64,000 nucleotides of DNA, taken from IMG/VR virus record IMGVR_UViG_3300020161_002252. One strand, 5' to 3'. The notes beneath the pieces are model-generated. The model was given only the letters and a program-made list of their open reading frames with translations. It was not told where the DNA came from and did not search any database. Below are positions 9,221-18,756 of the stretch, piece after piece. How positions within the stretch are numbered: the first letter of the stretch is position 1; each line of letters opens with the position of its first letter. The translations under genes and the position numbers were made by a program. Source of the stretch: an uncultured virus (IMG/VR IMGVR_UViG_3300020161_002252). Taxonomy: Duplodnaviria > Heunggongvirae > Uroviricota > Caudoviricetes > Herelleviridae.

Positions 9221-10933
9221 ATGTTGTCAAATCAAACAAATCAAACAAATCAAACAAGTAAAATGATCTTACCCGCAACGCCTGAAGATAGACGACTATT
9301 AGCTTTACATAGTCCCCTATTTTTCGATGTTTACTATTGTGGTATGCGTTATGCGACCCATAGAGAAAAATGGTTGAAAACATTTGATAAGGTGCGAAAG
9401 ATATCACAAGATCAAGGGGATAAGGGGCGCTTACTGGTTCTTGCACCGCGTGATCATGGAAAAACAGAAGTTGGCGTTACCTACGCTTTACGCGCTATTT
9501 GTCTTGATAGAAATATCCGTATCTTATGGATTTGTGCAAGTTCAGCACAGGCAGAACGAAGAATGCGAAGAGTGAAAGAATTGCTAAAAAGTCCGCGTAT
9601 CGTGGAAGATTGGGCGAGTGATCCTTCTCAAGGTTGTTTACCTTTTGAAGGTGGTGATGAATCCTGGACCCAAAATCAATTATATGTACAAAGAACGAAG
9701 CACAGCGTAGACGCTACATTACAGGCGATTGGTTCTGGGGGTGCGATAACTGGTGCTCACTTTGATATTATCTTGGCGGACGATCTAGAGGATGATAAAA
9801 CAACATATTCAGCATCTGGAAGAGAGAAAACTAGGCGATGGTTCAAAGGTACAGTTCAACCTATGCTTTCTAGGGGTGGGATCATGATTGTGATTGGTAC
9901 TAGGAAGCACCATGATGATCTATATGGGCATTTAATCGTAGATCCTACATGGACGGTGATTCAAAACCCCGCAATTTCTCAATGGCCGGAATCATATAGT
10001 TTCAAGCTAGAAGTGATCGAAGGTAAAGAGATGATTACGGGTGTTGAAGTCAAGGGAGAAGCGAAGGTACTATGGCCAGAAGAACGACCATTCACCTATT
10101 TAATAAAAGAGCGCCGAACAATGGGCGAACAAATATTTTCTAGGGAATTTTTGAACCAAGTACAAGATGATAGCGCGGCCGCGTTTAAATGGGAATGGCT
10201 AGAGTATGCGAAACAAAGGGGCAAGAATCTAAGTTTATATGAAATTCCACCAATTGATGATCTGGATATTGTACAAGGTTGGGATTTTTCACTAGTGCAG
10301 AGTATCACACAAGCGGAAGCCAAGGATACAGATTTCACGGTGGGGACTACTTGGGCAAGGGATAGATCAACAGGGGATCATTATCTTCTAGGTTTATTTA
10401 GAAAACGAGGGCTATCACCTACCGAATTACGACAATCTGTTTTATCTGAATACTCAAAGTTCAAAGGCAAGGTTTACGCGGTAGCCGTGGAAAGAAACGC
10501 GTTCGGTGAGATCCATTTTGTAGGGTTACAAACAAGTACCGATCTACCATTGAGACCCCATTTAACCACTGGTGCGAAAAAAGCTAGTCCATGGGAAGGA
10601 GTGCCAAGCTTATCAGTGCTCTTTGAAAATAGAAAGGTTATTATCCCAAGCGCTACAAATAGAGATAATGAAATTACGACCCCATTAATCAATGAACTTT
10701 GGGGGCTGGGAAGAGAGAAACATGATGATACAGTCATGAGTCTTTGGATTGCGCATTGTGTACTAAGGGAACAAAGATTTAGTCATAGAATTGCATTCGG
10801 AAATAGGGAATATGGTAGCGAAGAAGAGATTAAACGCTTAGAAAACGAAGATCAAGGGGATAGCGTAAATAGAGATTTAAGAGATGTTTTAGCTTCTTGG
10901 GGCGTTGATTACGATGATCCTAACGAAGAATAA
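9221..10933 (+). CDS. terL: Terminase large subunit
   Basis: Walker A PRDHGKT, 'GAITGAHFDIILADD', IGTR, FSREFLN, GWDF, AVERNAF and HDDTVMS nuclease motifs (ORF track start 9200). Confidence 0.92.
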   Translation: MLSNQTNQTNQTSKMILPATPEDRRLLALHSPLFFDVYYCGMRYATHREKWLKTFDKVRKISQDQGDKGRLLVLAPRDHGKTEVGVTYALRAICLDRNIRILWICASSAQAERRMRRVKELLKSPRIVEDWASDPSQGCLPFEGGDESWTQNQLYVQRTKHSVDATLQAIGSGGAITGAHFDIILADDLEDDKTTYSASGREKTRRWFKGTVQPMLSRGGIMIVIGTRKHHDDLYGHLIVDPTWTVIQNPAISQWPESYSFKLEVIEGKEMITGVEVKGEAKVLWPEERPFTYLIKERRTMGEQIFSREFLNQVQDDSAAAFKWEWLEYAKQRGKNLSLYEIPPIDDLDIVQGWDFSLVQSITQAEAKDTDFTVGTTWARDRSTGDHYLLGLFRKRGLSPTELRQSVLSEYSKFKGKVYAVAVERNAFGEIHFVGLQTSTDLPLRPHLTTGAKKASPWEGVPSLSVLFENRKVIIPSATNRDNEITTPLINELWGLGREKHDDTVMSLWIAHCVLREQRFSHRIAFGNREYGSEEEIKRLENEDQGDSVNRDLRDVLASWGVDYDDPNEE

Positions 10934-10994
10934 CATAATAACTATTTAAAAAATGTTAAATATATTATCATAGCGTCAAAGGAGAAATAATAAT

Positions 10995-11306
10995 ATGTAC
11001 AAGACTTTTAAAATCATGAGTAGTACAGAAGCAGTTTTTAACTGGGCGACTACAAAACAAGATTATGCAGCGTACCCAATGAATGTTCAAATAAGCTGTT
11101 CCCCATTGGCTGGGGCAACTTTTGATGTTCTTATCCTATTACCTGGTGAAACTGAATTTAAGACCCATGTAAGCGGGGCAACTGAGATTGATACTGTAAT
11201 GATCGCTGGTAAAGATGCACCTTTATTTGAAGCGGTCAAGGTACTTTTGAACGATGCTTTAGATAGTGTAACTGTTACTTTAACCTGTTGGGAAAGAGGT
11301 ATTTAA
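10995..11306 (+). CDS. Hypothetical protein, probably virion-associated
   Basis: AAGGAG RBS; immediately upstream of the tail fibre gene. Confidence 0.65.
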   Translation: MYKTFKIMSSTEAVFNWATTKQDYAAYPMNVQISCSPLAGATFDVLILLPGETEFKTHVSGATEIDTVMIAGKDAPLFEAVKVLLNDALDSVTVTLTCWERGI

Positions 11307-11307
11307 T

Positions 11308-14300
11308 ATGGCTACTCTACCACAAAAAACAGGGGGTGGGATTCCTACTAGTGATAAAGGGATTGCTGGGGGTGTAGCAACACTTGATGAAAATGGTAAA
11401 ATCCCATTATCCCAAATTCCTGGAGGGATTGGCGCGGGGACTGTTGATAGCGTGAATGGAGTTTCCCCTGATGGAAATGGGGATGTAATCATCACAACTT
11501 CAAATATTGCTGAGGGTTCTAATTGGTATTATACACAAACCAGATTCACAGATTCTTTCACAAGCGCAATAGTACCAACCACCCAAGCAATCGAAGCGCT
11601 AGATACAAGAGTTACTTCTTTAGAAACTGATAAAGCAGATGTTTCTAGCTTAAATGCTTTAGATACAAGAGTTACTTCTTTAGAAACTGATAAAGCAGAT
11701 GTTTCTAGCTTAAATGCTTTAGATACAAGAGTTACTTCTTTAGAAACTAATAAAGCAGATGTTTCTAGCTTAAATGCTTTAGATACAAGAGTTACTTCTT
11801 TAGAAACTAATAAAGCAGATGTTTCTAGCTTAAATGCTTTAGATACTAGATTGACAAGCGCAGAAGGTGATATCACCGATCTACAAAATCAAATAGACGG
11901 GCTTGTAAGTGATATTGATCTTCGTGCTTTAGAAACAGATTTACAACAAGAAATCACGGATAGAACTAATGCAGATTCCGCGCTTGATTCTCGTTTAAGC
12001 GCAGTAGAAACCAATAAAGCAGATGTTTCTAGTGTGACCGCATTGGCTGGGCGCGTAACAACCAATGAAAGCAATATTGCAACATTACAAGATCAAGTAA
12101 GCGCATTAACTGAAGGTGTTGATCTTCGCGCACTAGAAGCAGATTTGCAACAAGAAATTACTGATAGAACTGATGCAGACCTATTAATTAATACTAGATT
12201 GGATGATGTTTACTCGCATCACTTACATTCAAATTCTTACTATGTGAATGATGGTGTAAACGATTTTCAAGCGGTGTTGACTGAGATAGGCGCTGATCAA
12301 GGTAATGTTATCTATGCTAGTACGGGTTCTTATGGTGGATCTACTTTAAGCATTGAAGATAAGGTAAACTTGGGGATCATTTGCCCCGATGTAGGCAATA
12401 CAATTTGTGAATTAACTGGGGGAAGAGGTTTATCTATTACAGGTACTTCTGAGCGTATAAGAATCACAAATTTACAAATAGAAGGAGCTGTATCTATCAC
12501 CGGAACAAAGGGAAGGCATATTTTTGAAGGTGTTGATTTCCTTGGTGGTCTTAGCATCAATGGAACAACAGATTCAACCTCAACATTTATGACTTTCACC
12601 GATTGCGAATTTTCAAACCAAAATATCACAATTTCAAATATCACAAATTGTACTTTCTATTTTGTTCGTTGCAACTTTACAAATGTTCGAGTGATCCCCA
12701 CAAGTGTAGCAAGTCCATTCCTGATCATTTTATCCGAATGTTCGGGGTTGAATGCACTGCAAACAAATTTAACTAGTGGTGTTGCGATTGTTGGGCGTAC
12801 TGGGTATTCAAGCGGTGTTGTGAAAGTGTTTTCTACTTCATCAAATTATATTAGCGCTTTGGGCGTAGAAACAGCGTTCACGGGTTCTTATACAGAACTA
12901 AGGGATAAACCTACACTTGTAACAGCATCAACACAATTAAGTGATAGTTCATCATTACTTAGAACCAGTGATAAAGGGATTGCTGGGGGTGTAGCTGAAC
13001 TTGATTCTAATGGGTTGATACCTAATCACCATATCCCACCCCTTGCTCTCACTAAGCCCTATGTAGTCAATACTATTGCTGATCGTGACGCGTTAACAGG
13101 GATTAACACGGGGGATGTTGCTATTGTTGTCGATGATCCAACACCCGCAAACAATGGAAACTATATTTATGATGGTGACGCCCCTGGTTGGATTGCTTTA
13201 TATAATTCAACTTCGCCAATAAGTAGCGTAAATGGGCAGGTTGGCGCGGTGACTCTATATACTGGTGATATTACCGAAGGCGTTGGAGCGCAAAGCGAAC
13301 CCACTAATTTATGGTTCACTGATGCTAGAGCATTAGAGGCTTCGGTAACAAGTGATATAGAAAACTTGACTAAAGCGCCAAGCGCGCCAACAGTCAAAAC
13401 CTATGTAGAAGGGTTAACTGATGCACTAGATACACGCGTTACAAGCTTAGAAAACGCATCTAGTACTTATGCAACAACAACATACGTAGATACCGGATTA
13501 AATGGGAAAGTGAATACAAGTGACTACACAGCTAACGATGTTCTAACCAAGATTAAAACTGTTGATGGGTCTGGATCTGGCTTAGATGCTGATTTACTTG
13601 ATGGGTTAAATTCTAGTGACTTTGTACAAATGACCGGCGCGCAAACAATCGCAGGAGTGAAAACTTTTAGTGATTCCCCAATTGTTCCCGATTTAAGCGC
13701 GGGAGATAATAGCACTAAAGCAGCAAATTCTAAATATGTTGATAATGCAATCACAAGCATTCAAACAACCATAGGGGCAAGTGGGAACTTAGTTTATAAA
13801 GGCACTTATGATGCTTCTACAAGTTTGCCTTCTCTTGCCTTAGCTAAGAAAGGATTCTTTTATCAAGTTTCCGCAAGTGGTACTTTGGCGGGCGTTTCTT
13901 TAACTACAAATGATCAAATAGTTTTCACAAGCGATGTTTCTGGGGGTGTTGTTCAAGCAACTGATTTCATTGTGATTGATAACACTGAAAGTGGGTTGTC
14001 TAATGGTGGTTTAGTGGTTGCGACCGCTTCAAATGGTGCTAGAATGTCCGCTGGTGTATATTACCTACATGATAGTTCAAGCAATATCTCTTTAACGGTA
14101 CCACCTCAAGGGAGCGCCGTAGGTCTTGTTTGTTACTTGCGTATCCGTGGTACTGGTTCCGTTACTTTGAACGCGGAAGGTGTAAGCGGGGGAACTTTTA
14201 TTGTTTATGCTGATAGTGGTACCTTGAACGGTGTTAAATCCGTAGTCTTATCTAAAGCAGGGGAATATAAGCTTGTATGTACTAGAAGAACAACAAGCGG

Positions 14301-15513
14301 AACCGTGTATTCTCAATGGGATGTAACTGTTTCAAATGATCGTGCTTTGCGTTCTACTTCGGATTTAGTAGAAGGTACAAATCTCTATTATACCGACACA
14401 AGAGCAAGAGCAGCATTCACCGCAGGGACCGGAATTACAATATCAACCGGTACAATTGCAACAACCATCACCCAATATACAGATGAACTCGCTCAAGATG
14501 CTAGTGCTTCTTTATTCACAAATGGAACACATACAGGCATAAGTTATACATATAATGATGCATCAAATAAAATTGATTCTGTCGTGTCTTTAACTGGTGC
14601 AAATTTTACATGGCCAACTCAAGCACTCGTCACAAATACAACGCTATCTATTGGTAACTATTATTATACTTCTACCAACTTCAATACTTTTAGCGTTACA
14701 CTACCAACAACGGGTAAAGCTGGGGATGTTGTTTATATACATAATCTTGGGAATTGTTCGGTAACTATGACCACTTCCGCTTATTATTGGAATGGATCAT
14801 ATTTTTCTGGTCAAACTTTTGTATTTACTTCAAATGATGTTTATGTATTTACTCGATTAAACACGGGAAATGTTTGGCTTATTTCCACCCAAGTATCTCA
14901 GAATTTAAGAACCACTTCTAATATTAGTGAAGGTACAAATCTATATTTTACAGATGAACGCGCTCAAGATGCTAGTGCTTCTTTGCTTACAACTGGAACA
15001 CATACAGGCATAAGCTATTCATACAATGACGCATCAAATAAAATTGATTCTACCGTGTCTTTATCTGGTTTCTCAATCGATGCTTTGAGTGATGTTGATA
15101 CTTCAACCACCGCACCAACCAACGGACAAGCTTTAGCATGGAGTTCATCAGGATCTAAATGGATTCCTACCACAATAAGCGGGGGCGGGGGTAGTGGTGG
15201 TGGAGATATTACTTGGTTGGCAGATGTAACAGCAAATAACACCGTGCTAACACTAGATGCATCAAATAGCATGGCGCTTGTTAAAAATGGGTCTAGCGCT
15301 TGGACTGTATACCTTCCCGCAATATCTGGTAAAAATGGACGCCTTCTAAGAATCAAAAGATTAGGATCTGGACTTGTTACCATTGCCGTCAATTCCGGAG
15401 ATACAACCAAATTTATTGATGTTTCTGGAACTACAAGCGTAGCAATGGGCGTTCAATACGGTACTTTTGATCTAGTCGCAAATGAACTTGACGGAGCATG
15501 GTACTTACTATGA
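11308..15513 (+). CDS. Tail fibre / receptor-binding protein
   Basis: 1401 aa; GVATLDENGKIP, SVNG, coiled-coil repeats, beta-helix-like segment, DADLLDG, QTIAGVKTF, and recurrent EGTNLY(Y/F)TD-R repeats. Confidence 0.85.
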   Translation: MATLPQKTGGGIPTSDKGIAGGVATLDENGKIPLSQIPGGIGAGTVDSVNGVSPDGNGDVIITTSNIAEGSNWYYTQTRFTDSFTSAIVPTTQAIEALDTRVTSLETDKADVSSLNALDTRVTSLETDKADVSSLNALDTRVTSLETNKADVSSLNALDTRVTSLETNKADVSSLNALDTRLTSAEGDITDLQNQIDGLVSDIDLRALETDLQQEITDRTNADSALDSRLSAVETNKADVSSVTALAGRVTTNESNIATLQDQVSALTEGVDLRALEADLQQEITDRTDADLLINTRLDDVYSHHLHSNSYYVNDGVNDFQAVLTEIGADQGNVIYASTGSYGGSTLSIEDKVNLGIICPDVGNTICELTGGRGLSITGTSERIRITNLQIEGAVSITGTKGRHIFEGVDFLGGLSINGTTDSTSTFMTFTDCEFSNQNITISNITNCTFYFVRCNFTNVRVIPTSVASPFLIILSECSGLNALQTNLTSGVAIVGRTGYSSGVVKVFSTSSNYISALGVETAFTGSYTELRDKPTLVTASTQLSDSSSLLRTSDKGIAGGVAELDSNGLIPNHHIPPLALTKPYVVNTIADRDALTGINTGDVAIVVDDPTPANNGNYIYDGDAPGWIALYNSTSPISSVNGQVGAVTLYTGDITEGVGAQSEPTNLWFTDARALEASVTSDIENLTKAPSAPTVKTYVEGLTDALDTRVTSLENASSTYATTTYVDTGLNGKVNTSDYTANDVLTKIKTVDGSGSGLDADLLDGLNSSDFVQMTGAQTIAGVKTFSDSPIVPDLSAGDNSTKAANSKYVDNAITSIQTTIGASGNLVYKGTYDASTSLPSLALAKKGFFYQVSASGTLAGVSLTTNDQIVFTSDVSGGVVQATDFIVIDNTESGLSNGGLVVATASNGARMSAGVYYLHDSSSNISLTVPPQGSAVGLVCYLRIRGTGSVTLNAEGVSGGTFIVYADSGTLNGVKSVVLSKAGEYKLVCTRRTTSGTVYSQWDVTVSNDRALRSTSDLVEGTNLYYTDTRARAAFTAGTGITISTGTIATTITQYTDELAQDASASLFTNGTHTGISYTYNDASNKIDSVVSLTGANFTWPTQALVTNTTLSIGNYYYTSTNFNTFSVTLPTTGKAGDVVYIHNLGNCSVTMTTSAYYWNGSYFSGQTFVFTSNDVYVFTRLNTGNVWLISTQVSQNLRTTSNISEGTNLYFTDERAQDASASLLTTGTHTGISYSYNDASNKIDSTVSLSGFSIDALSDVDTSTTAPTNGQALAWSSSGSKWIPTTISGGGGSGGGDITWLADVTANNTVLTLDASNSMALVKNGSSAWTVYLPAISGKNGRLLRIKRLGSGLVTIAVNSGDTTKFIDVSGTTSVAMGVQYGTFDLVANELDGAWYLL
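11600..11846 (+). repeat. 60-bp tandem repeat x4 encoding ALDTRVTSLET(D/N)KADVSSLN
   Basis: Four near-identical 60-nt units, visible in consecutive sequence lines. Confidence 0.97.
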
Positions 15514-15953
15514 GTTATCTAGCTAAAAGAGCCGAATGGCCAAAAATAGCAATCTTGAATTTAACCCCGTCCTCTAGCACTTGGACTACTTCAAACACGC
15601 CTACTTTTACACCTTCTTTAAAATCTGGCACTACAGATTTACCTTATTTAAGTATATCGGGAGATAACTTAAATTTAGATAACGGGTGTTACTATGTTGA
15701 ATTTTGGGTGGGGGGTACAAAATCCGCTCAAACAGTCACGGGAACATTCTCAACTGTTGTTAACACGGTAAATACTTCTGATTTTGTAGGGTCGTTAAAT
15801 GGCAGTGCTTTAAAAAATAGGGCTGAGGGATGTTTTACAAGCTTCACAATCCAAGATGCCACAGGATCATTATCTTTTGCTTGTACTTCTGTTAGCAATG
15901 GAACTTTTACTTTTGTTAATGATCAATGCTTTGCAATTGTATATAAGATTTAG
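15510..15953 (+). CDS. Hypothetical tail-fibre-associated protein
   Basis: ATGA overlap with the tail fibre stop; S/T-rich beta-type composition. Confidence 0.65.
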   Translation: MSYLAKRAEWPKIAILNLTPSSSTWTTSNTPTFTPSLKSGTTDLPYLSISGDNLNLDNGCYYVEFWVGGTKSAQTVTGTFSTVVNTVNTSDFVGSLNGSALKNRAEGCFTSFTIQDATGSLSFACTSVSNGTFTFVNDQCFAIVYKI

Positions 15954-15961
15954 GAGTTTTT

Positions 15962-16462
15962 ATGTCTTATTTAAAAGAATCAAGATGTGTAAAAGTATTA
16001 ACTAGAAACACCATAAATGCCGCTATGAGTACATATATTGATCTATCTTTGCCTATAAATGAAGATTCTACCTGTCGATATGATCGATTGAATACAACAG
16101 CCCCCGCCACAACTTTATGGGTAGAGTATCAATACAAGAATTTATCTGGTTTTTGTCAAATGATGCCAAGTTGTGCACCTACACAATCAAGCTCATCTTT
16201 AGCTTTCAATTATTTTAATACAAATAGGAAAAATCCTAATACGGGATACAATCCAATAGATACAGCATCCGCACTAAAGCACTATAACAAGGCTGTAAAT
16301 ACAAGTGGGCAAAAGGCAAATTTGATAGGATTCAAAAGTTTCTCTTTATCTCAAGATGTGAAATATATGCTTTATGATAGAAATGTAGGTGGTTCTTTAA
16401 CAAATGATCAAATATTGACAGATGGGGCTTTGTTCATTTTACCTATTGGAGATAACAGATGA
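15962..16462 (+). CDS. Hypothetical tail-fibre-associated protein
   Basis: AGGAG RBS; starts MSYL like the previous gene. Confidence 0.6.
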   Translation: MSYLKESRCVKVLTRNTINAAMSTYIDLSLPINEDSTCRYDRLNTTAPATTLWVEYQYKNLSGFCQMMPSCAPTQSSSSLAFNYFNTNRKNPNTGYNPIDTASALKHYNKAVNTSGQKANLIGFKSFSLSQDVKYMLYDRNVGGSLTNDQILTDGALFILPIGDNR

Positions 16463-16962
16463 CTTATTCAGCGATAAATGTGGCTAGAATGCCGAATATT
16501 CAAATAAGTATTGATGCTCAAACAATATCCCCTTTAACTGGTGTTACTAGCACTTTTAGTGGATATATTGCTAACGCTTCTTTAAATAGTACCTTTACAG
16601 GGGAACTAAATACACAATTCACAGTAACAAGCAATAGCATCACCGTAACAAAGAAAACTTTAGTATTGTGTAATATTCGTGCAGAGATTCCTAATACCAT
16701 TACTGGGGATCACTTAACAAGCTTTGGGATATATAATAAAACTACAAATACTATTTTATCCCAAATAGCGGAAAATAAGCAGTTTGCAGTAGCCGCACTA
16801 TCTGGGCTAAGAAGTCAATATTATACCACTAAATATTCTTGTCAAACCGCATACGCGATTGTTGATGCGGGAACAGAACTAGAATTTAAAACAATTACTG
16901 GCGCAGCCACCGCTAATATTGATGCTTCGTCGCATATCATTCTATTTCAATTAGAGCCTTAA
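16459..16962 (+). CDS. Hypothetical tail-fibre-associated protein
   Basis: GGAG RBS, ATGA overlap, T/S-rich. Confidence 0.6.
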   Translation: MTYSAINVARMPNIQISIDAQTISPLTGVTSTFSGYIANASLNSTFTGELNTQFTVTSNSITVTKKTLVLCNIRAEIPNTITGDHLTSFGIYNKTTNTILSQIAENKQFAVAALSGLRSQYYTTKYSCQTAYAIVDAGTELEFKTITGAATANIDASSHIILFQLEP

Positions 16963-16963
16963 A

Positions 16964-17251
16964 ATGAATCCATACCTATCAAGCTTATTTTTACTCTTTC
17001 CTCTGGTACTAAATGCGCAAGAAGATGATGCGCTTGAGCGCTATTTATCCACGGAAATAAGAAAGATCAAGCTTGAGAATCTTCGACTAAAACAAGAAAA
17101 CTTAGAGCTAAAAACCAAACTAGACAATGTAAAGGAAGAATTAAATGGCTGTGAAAACAAAAACACAAAAACAAGTGAATACCTTAATCTCGGATTTGCA
17201 ACCCTTGGAGCAATCACCGGCTCAATCTGTGCTTACAAAGGATCAAATTGA
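16964..17251 (+). CDS. Secreted/membrane coiled-coil protein in the lysis cassette (spanin-like candidate)
   Basis: N-terminal signal peptide, coiled coil and C-terminal hydrophobic segment; adjacent to the endolysin. Confidence 0.5.
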   Translation: MNPYLSSLFLLFPLVLNAQEDDALERYLSTEIRKIKLENLRLKQENLELKTKLDNVKEELNGCENKNTKTSEYLNLGFATLGAITGSICAYKGSN

Positions 17252-17621
17252 AACTGAGAACTTTAAGCTAGAAGAACTTGAATATACAGACAAGATCCCT
17301 GATTCTTTGTTACCCAACGCGCAGAAGTTACTTCAAAACCTTCAGATCCTAAGAAGCATTTTGAAGCGCCCTGTTAAGATCATTCCTGGGGGTGGTTATC
17401 GTTCCCAAGAAACTAACGCCAAAGTAAAAGGGGCTAAAGAATCAAAGCATTTACTTTGTCAAGCTAGTGATATCCGCGTAGAAGGTTTAACCCCGCATCA
17501 AGTACATGAAACAATTGAAAAATTGATTAGTGAAGGCAAAATGAGCGAAGGGGGACTAGGTTTATATTCTACTTTTGTTCATTATGATGTACGCGGTGAA
17601 CGCGCGCGCTGGAATGGGTGA
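17145..17621 (+). CDS. Endolysin, peptidase M15 family (true start probably downstream of 17145)
   Basis: ENFKLEEL, GGYRS, N-x-x-V-x-GA-x-x-SKHL, ASD and FVHYDVRG zinc-peptidase motifs. Confidence 0.88.
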   Translation: MAVKTKTQKQVNTLISDLQPLEQSPAQSVLTKDQIETENFKLEELEYTDKIPDSLLPNAQKLLQNLQILRSILKRPVKIIPGGGYRSQETNAKVKGAKESKHLLCQASDIRVEGLTPHQVHETIEKLISEGKMSEGGLGLYSTFVHYDVRGERARWNG

Positions 17622-17625
17622 CTAT

Positions 17626-17904
17626 ATGAACAACGATATCATAACCGTATCTATCGCAAGTTTGACCGCGTTAATCAGCGCTCTTTATCCCATTTACAAG
17701 GGATTGAGCGACAAAGAACGCAGAATGACAATGCTAGAAGAGAAGATTCTTAACTTGACAAGTAGACAAGCAGCAATCGAACTTGAATTAAAAAACATGG
17801 ACGATAAGCAGGATAAATTAGCCGGTGAGATCAATGATATAAAAATTACACTCGGACGCATTGAAGAGAGAATTATTACTTTACTTAAGCGCCATAATAA
17901 CTAA
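17626..17904 (+). CDS. Holin-like single-TM coiled-coil protein
   Basis: N-terminal TM helix plus coiled coil, following the endolysin (ORF track start 17575). Confidence 0.5.
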   Translation: MNNDIITVSIASLTALISALYPIYKGLSDKERRMTMLEEKILNLTSRQAAIELELKNMDDKQDKLAGEINDIKITLGRIEERIITLLKRHNN

Positions 17905-18750
17905 TTACCCTTTTGTTTGATCCCCCATATCACAAAGCCCCCATGATAAACAACCTTGATTTTCAAATTCATCATCTTCAAATAGATCATATTGTTCGCC
18001 AAGAGACCAATCAATCACCTCATCAATTAATCCTCTATTAAAAAATGAGTATACACTTGTATTATCTGGGTTCTTGGATAGCACCTTTTCCTTTACACTC
18101 TTTTCTAGGTCTCTAATCAAATCAAAACGCTCTGGATATACTTTATACATGTGTTTGATTTCTTTCTTTCTTGAAAAGATACAAGGAAAACAACCCACAC
18201 GGCTCAAACCCTTTAGATATAAAGGGTTTGGTGAAACATTGTACTTTCTATGTATATCTATAATTTGTTCTTTGTCCCAAGAGATCAAAGGTCTCCAAAT
18301 AATCGATTCATCTTTTTCTTCATATTCATCTAATATTGATCTTGCTTGAGATTCTTGCCTTCTTATACCTACCGCGTTTATAGGCTTCTTTTTGTGCTTG
18401 AAGCGTAGTTCTGTTAGATACTCCTGGATGGGTTGAACCTTGAGATTTAAAGTGCATGTTCTTCTATGTTGTGAAGGGAAAAATAACCCCTTTTCAACCA
18501 TCTCTACATATCCACCTTTTTCGGTATCAAAATATTTTTTATTTCTTAACCGTGTAATAGGTCTCTTTAGTACCATCTTTTCAAGGTATTCAAGATACTC
18601 ATAAGTAAGTTCATGTTCCCAACCGGTATCCAAGAAAACAGGTTCAAAATCAATATTGTTTTCTAGTAGAAATAGAATCATTGCAGTGCTATCTTTACCG
18701 CCGGATATTGAGCAAATTAAAGGGTGTTCTTTGTATTCTTGTTTAATCAT
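17905..18750 (-). CDS. PAPS reductase / PP-loop family protein
   Basis: SISGGKDS PP-loop, DTGWE, GIRRQES-x-x-R, RPLISW, NPLY and RVGCFPC. Confidence 0.88.
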   Translation of the reverse strand: MIKQEYKEHPLICSISGGKDSTAMILFLLENNIDFEPVFLDTGWEHELTYEYLEYLEKMVLKRPITRLRNKKYFDTEKGGYVEMVEKGLFFPSQHRRTCTLNLKVQPIQEYLTELRFKHKKKPINAVGIRRQESQARSILDEYEEKDESIIWRPLISWDKEQIIDIHRKYNVSPNPLYLKGLSRVGCFPCIFSRKKEIKHMYKVYPERFDLIRDLEKSVKEKVLSKNPDNTSVYSFFNRGLIDEVIDWSLGEQYDLFEDDEFENQGCLSWGLCDMGDQTKG

Positions 18751-18756
18751 TTTTTG

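Noticed and set aside
11600..11846. 60-bp repeats as a CRISPR or ncRNA array
   Set aside because: In-frame coding repeats within the tail fibre, with no spacers
17905..18750. Complete Dnd phosphorothioation system
   Set aside because: Only a DndC/CysH-family gene is present; no DndA/B/D/E homologues recognised
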